Assembly: GCA_000004985.1 (NCBI GenBank)
Contig: GG738884.1
Reading direction: 5' to 3' (one strand)
Origin: Naegleria gruberi
Lineage: Eukaryota
DNA: 64,000 bases
Positions 53,343 through 63,646 of this stretch are shown piece by piece; the first letter of the stretch is position 1, and each line of letters opens with the position of its first letter. Below the pieces are notes generated by a model. The model saw only the letters and a program-made list of their open reading frames with translations. It did no database searches and had not been told where the DNA came from. The position numbers were made by a program, and so were the translations under genes.

Positions 53343-55719
53343 AAATACTCACCTCAAATACTTCCAATTGTTGTGTGAATNTGAACCAAAATCTGTGTAT
53401 ACCTACGTATCTTCACAGAGGGATTATCCTCTCGATGAATGTCTCAAATTCTGTAGACAGCACAATATTTTGGATGCAACCTCTTATCTGTTAGAAAGAG
53501 GTGGAGATGTTGTTGGAGCTGTTAAACTTTACTTGGAAAAGGTTGATGAAAAGTTGAGAGAATTGTGTGAAAAATGTGTCTCTGAAGAAGATCGTTTCAC
53601 AAAGAGCATTAATTTAGCTGAACTACAACAAGATTATTACAATTCCACACAACAACAACCTAATGAAAATCATGATGAAGGATTGAATGGTCCTCCAATA
53701 ACTGATCTCTTTTACCTTCTCAAGGAATTTGATTCCAAGTACAGAAATTATTTACAAATCAAGTGGGAAGAATTACAACAACAACGAAAAATCAAACTCT
53801 CCAAAGTAATGGATCCAAATCTTGAAAAGAAACAACAGATTGATGATAAGGATGAATTGAAAGCTTGGGCTCAAAAGATGGTTTCTGTTGTGACAGCTTT
53901 CACAACCTCATCAGCTTCAGAGACTGACGAGTCTACGGTCGTACAAGACATGACAGCCATGATTGTTAGCCCTAATAGCTTATCCAAAGGAAGGAGAAGA
54001 ATTTTAGAAGTCCAATTCTATTCTAGTAGTGTAATGGGTATTCTTCAATCAGAAATTTATGAAAAGTTCAAGCAGCTAATTATTGAAATTGTCAACATGT
54101 GCAAGAGAAATATTGATAACGGTAGATTATCTGATAAGGAAGTTGAAAAATTGTGGTTTAATTTGTTGGACAAACTTGTGGTGCCGCTTCGTGAGTTATT
54201 CGAATCCTACTGTAAATCTTCAACAGATTGTGAACAAAACTTGAAAGGTCAAGCAGAACCTACAACAACATCAAAAAGCTCTGAAAAAGCAAAAAAGAGG
54301 AAGAAACATGAATCGAGTGATGATGACTCTGATGATGGAGAAAGGGATGCTCTGAACGATTCAATGACCTTTATGGATGGTCTCAGTGATGATGAGGATA
54401 TTACAATTGAGGAAAATATTAATGATCACAAGGAAATGATTGCATCATCAATTAGAGAAAAGGAAAAACTCCAAGAAAAGGTCAGATATGAATTTGATCC
54501 TGTAGTTACCAAGGAAACCTATGAGAAAATTAATAGAATTGAGAAAAGATTGGTTGCTTTACGAAATTTCCTTGCCGATTTGGAATATGAAAAAAAGAGA
54601 GAGGACGAGAGAATGATGAGAGAAGCAACTGATCCACTAGCTCCAAAGAATTTAAAGAATAGACCTAGCAACTTGTTCCTTCAAGTGTGTTTGCATCATT
54701 TACTCAAATTGGTATTCACTGAAATGTCCAACTCTTCATCAAGTATTCAGGATGAGAATGATGATTCACAATCAACGAGTATTGAGGAAAAACATCAAAG
54801 AGAAAAGAAATTTTCAGTATTCCACTTACTTCAACAAGCTGCCAAGAATTACAAGAAGGACTTGTATGGTTACTTCAAAGAGCCTCTATTAGACATGTAT
54901 GACAAGTGTGGATTTGAGCTCATGCTTTATCACTCAATTAATAGATTATTGGAAAGTGACGGCTTCTGGCTTCACAGAAGAAGATTTAGAAGAACCAGAA
55001 GGGGTATAAGGCCTAAATCAAACTATTGTAGATTGTGTGATTGTTCGATTTATGATTTAGATGAGGATAACACAAAGGGTGGAAAATTGAAAGTATTCTA
55101 TTGCGGACATGCTTTACATGAACATTGCTTGGATGAAATTAATTGTCTCAATAGATGTCCTATTTGTTCCAAGATGGACACTGATTCAGCCATTTTGGAG
55201 AGCGACACAAAGAAATCATCTCATGAGTTGGAAAAGAAAAAGTCAATGACTGGTTCTTCTCTTCTACATAATGCCACTCTTGAGGTAAATCCTGACAATG
55301 GAGTTTTTGTCAGTGTGTACAAGAAACAGAGATGGCGTATGGTTGACTCGGCCATGCAACAATCTGTCAATGAAAAGGAACGTTTACTGGAAGAGCTCAG
55401 AAGTAGTAATAGTTTGACATCAAGATTCCAAATTCCACTCCACAGCTCTCTCAAAAAATCATTGAGATATGGAAATTATCAACCATCCACAGGTATTGGA
55501 TATTCAAAAGCTAAAAAGCAACAAGAACGAAATATAGTTCAAGAATTGGTTGTAGATAATGATGAAGCCAATCAAGAACAACCAGCCACTGCCACCAGGA
55601 AGAGTAGAAAGACAACTCTAGCAATTCAACCACCAACAGTCAGAAAGACCCTCAAATTGGACTTTATTCCAAAAGGTAAAACACAAAAGGAAGAACCTGT
55701 TGAGGAAGAAGAAGAATAA
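53314..55719 (+). CDS. C-terminal part (801 aa) of the same VPS8-like gene: alpha-solenoid/CHCR-like repeats and a C-terminal RING-H2 zinc finger
   Basis: HNILDATSYLLERGGDVVGAVKLYLEKVDEKLRELCEK is clathrin-heavy-chain-repeat-like, as in Vps8/Vps41. C-terminal CRLCDCSIYDL...VFYCGHALHEHCLDEINCLNRCPICSK is a C3H2C3 RING-H2. Overlaps the previous ORF in another frame; an ambiguous base n lies at 53381. Confidence 0.5.
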   Translation: MKRKGLTLDRNTHLKYFQLLCEXEPKSVYTYVSSQRDYPLDECLKFCRQHNILDATSYLLERGGDVVGAVKLYLEKVDEKLRELCEKCVSEEDRFTKSINLAELQQDYYNSTQQQPNENHDEGLNGPPITDLFYLLKEFDSKYRNYLQIKWEELQQQRKIKLSKVMDPNLEKKQQIDDKDELKAWAQKMVSVVTAFTTSSASETDESTVVQDMTAMIVSPNSLSKGRRRILEVQFYSSSVMGILQSEIYEKFKQLIIEIVNMCKRNIDNGRLSDKEVEKLWFNLLDKLVVPLRELFESYCKSSTDCEQNLKGQAEPTTTSKSSEKAKKRKKHESSDDDSDDGERDALNDSMTFMDGLSDDEDITIEENINDHKEMIASSIREKEKLQEKVRYEFDPVVTKETYEKINRIEKRLVALRNFLADLEYEKKREDERMMREATDPLAPKNLKNRPSNLFLQVCLHHLLKLVFTEMSNSSSSIQDENDDSQSTSIEEKHQREKKFSVFHLLQQAAKNYKKDLYGYFKEPLLDMYDKCGFELMLYHSINRLLESDGFWLHRRRFRRTRRGIRPKSNYCRLCDCSIYDLDEDNTKGGKLKVFYCGHALHEHCLDEINCLNRCPICSKMDTDSAILESDTKKSSHELEKKKSMTGSSLLHNATLEVNPDNGVFVSVYKKQRWRMVDSAMQQSVNEKERLLEELRSSNSLTSRFQIPLHSSLKKSLRYGNYQPSTGIGYSKAKKQQERNIVQELVVDNDEANQEQPATATRKSRKTTLAIQPPTVRKTLKLDFIPKGKTQKEEPVEEEEE

Positions 55720-55728
55720 ATTATTTAT

Positions 55729-57486
55729 TTACAATCCCATTGTTCCTCGAATTACTTCTAAACTTTCCACACGAGTCATGTGTCGTTTATCTTCCTCATC
55801 AGATGTGATAGAAGAAATGGCCGTGGTTGGTTCCTTATCTTCCTCATCAATCAAGGTTAGTTCTGCACTACTGCTAGCACTTGCCAAAGCTGTTGGAATA
55901 GTTGCAGGTTTGGAAATTTCCTTAGCTACAAAGCTGTCAACAGTAATAGTTTGTTTCATAAAATTCAAAATATCAGTAACTAATGGTTCATAGATATTAC
56001 CCATAGCATGTGAAAGTCCAATAATTGTAAAGTGATTAGTTCCTTCCTCGTACCGTTTGTATTTTACAACTGGGGATTTTGATTCATCTTCCCACAATAT
56101 ATGTCCATTCGAATATTCATCATAAATTTGTTTCAACTTTGTAGCAAAGCTCTCTCCCTGATCCTCCAATCCAAGATCACTTGCAGCATTTGCGATATAG
56201 AATGAAGGAACTGATTTCAAATTATGTACATGTCTGGAGAGGAAAATTCTTTCTCTTTCCACATAATAAATTGGAGAGACATCATCATATCGATCAGCAA
56301 CTCCAAAAGCTGGCTCAACAATGAATTTTCTAGTAAGGAAAATTCTATCAGCAACATTCTGAACATCAAACACGGCACCAACACAAATTACTGCCTTAAT
56401 TTTCTCTAATATTTGCCTGTCGAGCTGTTCTCTCTCATCAAAATCTTTGGATTCAGTTGTGTATGGATCCTTTAAATTCTTCAAATTCATTCCATATCTC
56501 AATAAACAGAGTGAAATCAAGTGAGCTCCAGCAGAGTGACCGAAAATTGCAATATTATTAGAATCACCTCCATACTTTTCAATATTATCTGTGCAAAATT
56601 TAAATGAAGACAAGACATCTTCGCATTGATCTGGAACAGTCTTGGCACCAGGAGCCAATCTATAACCAATCACAACAACCACACAAGGATACTCTTCACA
56701 AATTCTCATGGCCATTCGACTGTATGCATCAAACCATCTGTGAGTTCTATCACCTCTTCTCCAACTTCCACCATGACAAAAGAAGAGTACTGGCAGTTTG
56801 GATTGATCTTGTGAAGATCTCTTCACTCTAGTTCTGAAAATATTCAATTTTTGCTTTGGATCATCAGAATCAGCAATATACGGAACATCTCTACATGATT
56901 CCACTTCAAACTGTCCATTTCCAACTGTCACTGATATTTTTGTTGGTTCAGTTGATGATGATGACTTGTCAATACTTGCAGAGCTCTTTCTTCTACATGT
57001 CTTTTTCTCAGGTGTTGAAGTTGTTGTTGTATTATTACCACTTGTATTATTTGTTGCAAGTTGTTGTCCATTATTATTAGTAGTATTCATCGCTGATTTT
57101 TGTAAATAAATTTCCAAAGCTTGTTTTGTCGTTCTACACAACTTCCACTTGATATTTTCCTTCTTTTCCAAAATATGTTGTTCAAATACAGCTGTAGTTT
57201 CATTCATTGATGATGTCGGTGTTGGCACCTCATTCTCATGATCAAACGATTCCGAACCTAACATTATTTTCATCTCATCATCACCATGTCCTTCAAATTC
57301 TTCATCATAATCCACATGATCATGAAGTATGTCCACCGTGGATCCATCCTTCTCCTCCACCCCCAAATAGGTTTTCTTGAAAAAGGTCCACATAGCCCCA
57401 AGTTGATTCATTTTGTCTCCCTCTCTTGCAGAAACGTGAAGAGTTTGTTTTTGTATTTTTTTTGTTTGTCTATTTTTAAGTTCCAT
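55729..57486 (-). CDS. alpha/beta-hydrolase fold-3 esterase (prenylcysteine-methylesterase / kynurenine-formamidase-like) with a T/N-rich N-terminal extension, ~585 aa
   Basis: The ORF-track start at 57492 is TTG; the ATG is at 57486. VLFFCHGGSWRRGDRTHRW...VVVIGYRLAPGAKTVPDQCEDVLSSFKFCTDNIEKYGGDSNNIAIFGHSAGAHLISLCLL carries the HGG oxyanion motif and the GHSAG nucleophile elbow of the Abhydrolase_3 family. Confidence 0.75.
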   Translation of the reverse strand: MELKNRQTKKIQKQTLHVSAREGDKMNQLGAMWTFFKKTYLGVEEKDGSTVDILHDHVDYDEEFEGHGDDEMKIMLGSESFDHENEVPTPTSSMNETTAVFEQHILEKKENIKWKLCRTTKQALEIYLQKSAMNTTNNNGQQLATNNTSGNNTTTTSTPEKKTCRRKSSASIDKSSSSTEPTKISVTVGNGQFEVESCRDVPYIADSDDPKQKLNIFRTRVKRSSQDQSKLPVLFFCHGGSWRRGDRTHRWFDAYSRMAMRICEEYPCVVVVIGYRLAPGAKTVPDQCEDVLSSFKFCTDNIEKYGGDSNNIAIFGHSAGAHLISLCLLRYGMNLKNLKDPYTTESKDFDEREQLDRQILEKIKAVICVGAVFDVQNVADRIFLTRKFIVEPAFGVADRYDDVSPIYYVERERIFLSRHVHNLKSVPSFYIANAASDLGLEDQGESFATKLKQIYDEYSNGHILWEDESKSPVVKYKRYEEGTNHFTIIGLSHAMGNIYEPLVTDILNFMKQTITVDSFVAKEISKPATIPTALASASSSAELTLIDEEDKEPTTAISSITSDEEDKRHMTRVESLEVIRGTMGL

Positions 57487-57920
57487 TTTCAAAAAAGCCG
57501 AATTTTGTGCGTCCTTGTTGAATCAGCAAAGTTCTCGGAGGAAATTAAAATGGTGCGAGTGAGGAATAAACAGAGTTGACTCTTGGATGAATTGTAAGCA
57601 GTAAGATTGTTTAATATATTGAAGAAATATTACAAAATATTTAAAAATAAGGAAATTTTCCATCAAGATGTGGAAATTTTAAACGGGTAACCTTTGATAT
57701 TTGGCGGGAAATCAAAAAACTGTTGGTTCTAATCAAATTTGTTTCCTTTTAAAAATCTGTGAAAAATTCAAAAAAATGTCCAAACGAATGAGCAACACTG
57801 AATTACAGGTTGACAATAAGAAAATCAAAATGACTACTAATATCCTTCTCCTTCCGAAAGAATTATTGTGTTCCATCATGTCGTTTAATGATGGTTGCCA
57901 AACCATCAAGATGAGAAGAA

Positions 57921-57938
57921 TTTGGGTTTGGGTTTGGG
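57921..57938 (+). repeat. interstitial telomere-like repeat (TTTGGG)x3 at the boundary between the last gene and the subtelomeric block
   Basis: tttgggtttgggtttggg, identical in unit and orientation to the terminal array. Immediately followed by a small hairpin gggtaaatccattaccc. Confidence 0.7.
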
Positions 57939-58685
57939 AGACTGTAGGGTAAATCCATTACCCAAATTTAGTTGTCCAATTATTGAAAATTGACTTTTAC
58001 CAATATCATACTAGACGTTGTGTACTATACAATAAAAAAGAAATGGAATTTTAATTCACTGTACTTATTCAGAAAATCAACTCTGAAAACTAGTGTTTAA
58101 CTTTTATTTTTCATTTCCTAGTAACAAGTATGACTTGGAACACAATCATATCAAATATGATAGATACACATATGAGTTGACTATAATCACAAAAATATTT
58201 GAAAAATATAAAGTCTAGAAAAAGTTATAAGGCACTGCCTAAAACATAAAGATTTTTACCCTGTTGGGTCTGAAATTTCAAAGTTGAGTTGGAATGTAAA
58301 TTTGAATATATTGTAGATATATAGATGAATAGATGATATTTTCAATTAATCATGTTGAATCAGTATATATAAAAAGTTACATCTTGTCTAAAAATTAACT
58401 TTTCAACATTTATTGTACTGTAATATGAGTGTTATTAGAATCATCACCAATCTCATATATATGATGTATAATGATGATATTCACATTGTAGAAGTGTTGG
58501 AAGTATAACATATAATATCCTTAGTAAACTGTACTCATTCTACCTTAATTGACCAAGATATTGAGCCATACTATGGAAACACTATAACATTCAATCAAAC
58601 TCATAGATATTGTATTAAATATTAATTATAATCATATATAATTGAAATAATCATTATTGGATCCATATTCAGACTGTAGGAAGTC

Positions 58686-59042
58686 NNNNNNNNNNNNNNN
58701 NNNNNNNNNNNNNNNNNNNNNNNNNNNNNNNNNNNNNNNNNNNNNNNNNNNNNNNNNNNNNNNNNNNNNNNNNNNNNNNNNNNNNNNNNNNNNNNNNNNN
58801 NNNNNNNNNNNNNNNNNNNNNNNNNNNNNNNNNNNNNNNNNNNNNNNNNNNNNNNNNNNNNNNNNNNNNNNNNNNNNNNNNNNNNNNNNNNNNNNNNNNN
58901 NNNNNNNNNNNNNNNNNNNNNNNNNNNNNNNNNNNNNNNNNNNNNNNNNNNNNNNNNNNNNNNNNNNNNNNNNNNNNNNNNNNNNNNNNNNNNNNNNNNN
59001 NNNNNNNNNNNNNNNNNNNNNNNNNNNNNNNNNNNNNNNNNN
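58686..59042. other. assembly gap (357 N)
   Basis: Run of n characters. Confidence 0.99.
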
Positions 59043-61008
59043 CATGTTATATATGTAAATTGAAGCATTTTGATATCAGTTTTGATATTATAATATGATT
59101 TATTAGATATTATATATAGCTACTCTTAGTTTTTCAAAATTGACTTTGAGATTCCCTAATTGACCATATATATATGACCAATTGATGAAACTAATATCAA
59201 TCGACTAGATTTTCAATTGTGAACACAATGATATCAATAGTTATATGATTCATGATAGTTTAAAATTGAGTTGGTCAACTAAGGATAGGTCATTAAGGTT
59301 TGAATGAATTGATATGAAAGTCAATACCAATTATTGATATACCATTATTAATTGATCTATATATGATATTATAATTGAAAGATTTTAAAATTAATATGAT
59401 TTCATTATCTTGACATTCATTATTCTCATGATTACACTCCTGACATGTTGAATGATTTCAAATTGTCATGAAACTGATACAGTAGTGTTTATTCACCATT
59501 AGTAAGGTACTGTATCAATGTCATAATGATCTGTATAGTAGATGTTATTGTCACATCCCTGTAGGTATCAAGTTGATCAGCCATGTACCATATATGATAT
59601 GGATGAATGTCAAAATGATATAGATGTATTTAATTATCATGTATATATGTATTGGAAGTGAATTGAAGTGGTATAGATTTCTATCTTCAATGTTAGAATA
59701 GGTCAGTTGACAAGTTGAATAGTTAGTTCCATGAGATGATTCCACATTATATGAAATTGATATATATTGTTATTAACATGATTTATAAGGTGATATATTG
59801 ATTTGAAATGAATTTGAAATGTTTTCATTGATATTATAATTGTCTAATCTATTATATGAAATTAACTTATATAAGTCATTATAATGATGTAATATTATGT
59901 TATATTATGATTATATATTCAATTTGGAGTATATTGATATATAATCTATTGATTTATAATGAGTATTTATTGAGATAATGAATTAAGATGAATAAAAGTC
60001 AAAATGTTGGGTCTGACCTTAGTCGTGGGTTTGTTGTTATGGGTCCCCGCAAGGGGTATGAAGTCAATTGATTCAAGTAGAAGGTCTATTAATTGAAATA
60101 AACCAATGTGCAATCACCAAGAAACGAACCTGTGACCTCATGGTGTTGAATCCATGATTAAACCGCACCAATATGAAGGGAAGCAGAAATCATCCCTTAG
60201 TTACCCGTTAAGTAACTAAGGGAATCATCCTGCTTCTTCATATTATTAGTTTCTAGCACTTGTCTTCAATCCACTATGGATATCTCTTCATTTACTACTT
60301 GTAATCTGAGTTTCTGCATTCTGAACTAGGAATTATACTTGATTTGATGTCTGACACCCTTCAGCCATCTATGGGTTTGGAAACGTGTTGTTTTGATTTG
60401 TTTCTTCTGTGGCTCCATGGTCTTTATGATCTGATATAGGGTTATTAAGCGCCGTTTGGGTATTTTGTTGGTTTTTTTAGTAAAGTTTTAAAAAAAGTAT
60501 ATAGTTCTTATCTAGTTATCGAGTTGTGGTGTAAATGTGTTGTTTTCAAGCTATTCGAAAGTAGTAACGATTTCGATATTCCGTTACTTTGCGTCACTTT
60601 GCGGACGGACTTATATTCAATCAATTTGATTGTCATTCATATTGATGCGTAGAATTTTTGAGAGTATTTTTGAATGTACGTTATTTTTATCTACGCATGA
60701 ATGAAAAGTACAACAATGATCAAGAGGAATTGAGTCATGAGTATGATACTTTCTCAGATTGTTCTACGCATCAAGAGTATTCGATTCAGGATTCTATTCA
60801 TATATGATATTTGTAATACATATATTGAATTGGATGAGATGGAGTGCCATCTTGTTGTTAAAAGTTGAGTCGACATTAAGGTATTCAGTAAATTGATACC
60901 ACATGACTAATTAGAGTGATTATATGTCATTATATCAATTTCTTTGAAAACAGACTTGCTTCTGGACCTTTCAGATTTCTAGCCACATATGACAGATCAC
61001 CAAGTACT

Positions 61009-61375
61009 NNNNNNNNNNNNNNNNNNNNNNNNNNNNNNNNNNNNNNNNNNNNNNNNNNNNNNNNNNNNNNNNNNNNNNNNNNNNNNNNNNNNNNNNNNNN
61101 NNNNNNNNNNNNNNNNNNNNNNNNNNNNNNNNNNNNNNNNNNNNNNNNNNNNNNNNNNNNNNNNNNNNNNNNNNNNNNNNNNNNNNNNNNNNNNNNNNNN
61201 NNNNNNNNNNNNNNNNNNNNNNNNNNNNNNNNNNNNNNNNNNNNNNNNNNNNNNNNNNNNNNNNNNNNNNNNNNNNNNNNNNNNNNNNNNNNNNNNNNNN
61301 NNNNNNNNNNNNNNNNNNNNNNNNNNNNNNNNNNNNNNNNNNNNNNNNNNNNNNNNNNNNNNNNNNNNNNNNNNN
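61009..61375. other. assembly gap (367 N)
   Basis: Run of n characters. Confidence 0.99.
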
Positions 61376-62592
61376 ATTCAATAATAAACCGTTCTATACA
61401 TCATGTGTGTCATACAGAATGAGTTTCAATATTTAATATTGTGAACTGACTCTGTTGGATACCATCTCTATAAATATAACAAGATGAAAAGTGTCAACAT
61501 TCAATTACACATATGGAGTGTCACCATTGTATCATCTAGACAGATAGCATTTCAAGTTTTAGTGGAATTGACAGTCTAGATATTGAGATGTGTATTCTAA
61601 GGTTTAAGAAGTGTCACCTTCACTGATTAGTGACATGACTATAACAATTGAACATATGATTCTTGTATCAATAATTCATTGTTCAATGATTGTGATATGA
61701 TGGTAAAATTTAATTTTGGAAATATGATTCTTCCCTATTGACAACCTTAGATGTTCCTTTGTTGACTTGAAGTTATTGAGCCATCAACATGAAACTTTCT
61801 CAGATTGTTGTCCTCATCAAGGGAAGTGTATTCATGTTTGACACTTGTATGATATTTTGTAAATTGACTGAGATGGTATACAATCTATATGTTGAAATGT
61901 GACAATTTGACAGATTGTTATTATTATCATACTGAATTCAGTTCTAACAGTATGTAATTGATACCATATGTATAATAGAGTGATTAAAGGTATATGGTAA
62001 AGTTACAGGATGATTGGATGTACTTTCACTGATATGGAGTGTTCACTAGGATATATAAAGTGTTGAGATTGAACATTTACTGATTAATTTTATGAAAGTA
62101 GGGGTTGGTTATCGTTTCGTCCTCATTGGATCTTCATTATTACTGAAATACATAATCAATGATATACATCATTAAATAGGTTACAATCTCAGCTATCCAG
62201 TGGGCTATAGATTATGTATAGTTTCTTATCTAATTATTGAGATAATCAGCAATTCCTCCCTCAATATATTGCGATTTTACTATTCCTAGGGAAAGGTAAA
62301 AGAATGATAAGAAATTGATCAATAAAAAATATATGTCATACTAGAGATGATTTGCTATCGATTGGTGTTTCAACTTTGGATTTCACTAAGTAATTATTGA
62401 ATTATCACCGATTAAATATTTAGTTATTCTTGTTGGAAATCCTTGCTGGTAATTAAAGAGAGTTGATTCGTTCTGTCTTGGTTGTATGGAGGTGAGAGTT
62501 GGAGGTGAGAGTGCGGACGCACTCTAATTGTCGGTTGGAAAAGTAACATACAAAAAAAATGTTGTGATGTTTCCTCTCTCTTCCTCATTCAA

Positions 62593-62640
62593 TCATCTCA
62601 TCATATCATCATCATATCATCATCATATCATCATATCATC
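62593..62640 (+). repeat. microsatellite (CATCATAT / CATCAT mixed units)
   Basis: catcatatcatcatcatatcatcatcatatcatcatatcatc. Confidence 0.8.
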
Positions 62641-62854
62641 AGGAGTTGTTTCATAATAATTTTAAAAATATATATTGATTGGAATTATTTGGAAGATGAT
62701 GTTTCGGAATTGGAATAATATTTATTTGGAAGTTATTATAATGGTGGAGGTGTGGTGCCTTTGGCACTCACTTCCACCAAGTTGCAAAATTAATTGGAAA
62801 TTAGGATAGCTTTAATAATGTAATTGGATTGGATTGGTAGATGTATCATCTCTG

Positions 62855-62931
62855 ANNNNNNNNNNNNNNNNNNNNNNNNNNNNNNNNNNNNNNNNNNNNN
62901 NNNNNNNNNNNNNNNNNNNNNNNNNNNNNNN
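62855..62931. other. assembly gap (77 N)
   Basis: Run of n characters. Confidence 0.99.
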
Positions 62932-63646
62932 AAATCTGTAATATGAATGTGAAAATAAACTTGATATTCTATCTCTACACATCGAATGGAGCATTTTCAT
63001 GTATAATTTGTTGATTGAAGTGATATATTTGATAGACTTGGTCTGACTTGTCTTTCCTTTCAGTCAACCAACTTTGGAAAATCAACATTTACATTCCCAT
63101 GGTACCATTTCTAATTCTTATGATATGAAATTGAATTCTATATCACTATAGATCATATAAATCATTTTGGTAAAGTTTCAATAGGTGGTCCTTTTTCAAG
63201 ATTTCCATCCTTATCATACAAGTTGACCATGTGTGGTTGAGGGAAGAAATCTTTAAATATGAAAGTTAAAATAAATTTGATATTCGATGTTTACTCATCA
63301 AATGGAACATTTTCATATCAGGTTTCAATATGTTTTGATGAGAAACTCAAAAGTTATTGTTGACCTCTTTTACCTCACAACTTCCCTTTTCACTTGATAC
63401 TTTTATATGTACAGACTTGAAATATTGAAATTTCTTATGAGAGTGATTATAAATGTTGTTATTGATGATATAGACTATATAATCTCATTAAAGGATTTTG
63501 AAATTATTATCCTTCCTATGGTTTCATTTTACAAATTTTTAATCTTACATTATTTACAATGTTAATATTTTATAAATTGAAAAACTAAATATAATACATT
63601 GTTCTATTCATCATTTACAATCGAATGATATAATAATCAATAAATT

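Larger units (their letters stand above)
57950..63646. repeat. gene-free AT-rich subtelomeric repetitive region (~5.7 kb) with four assembly gaps
   Basis: No ORF over ~60 codons except N-spanning artefacts. Dense short degenerate repeats (gatat/tgatat/attgatat words). ~72-bp direct repeats at ~62949-63020 and ~63264-63335. Microsatellite at 62593-62640. Hairpins at ~60174-60239 and ~62490-62510. Confidence 0.65.

Noticed and set aside
11154-57492. ORF-track start coordinates at 6660, 11154, 12247, 19809, 30994, 38685, 41454, 48900, 57492 and others
   Set aside because: The first codon at these positions is TTG or GTG (bacterial alternative starts), which is implausible for a eukaryotic nuclear gene. 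Starts were moved to the first in-frame ATG or merged with upstream exons.
57701-57952. 83-aa ORF ending in WVWVWETVG
   Set aside because: Its C-terminus is a translation of the interstitial telomeric repeat, the sequence is otherwise AT-rich with no homology, and it lies beyond the last gene.
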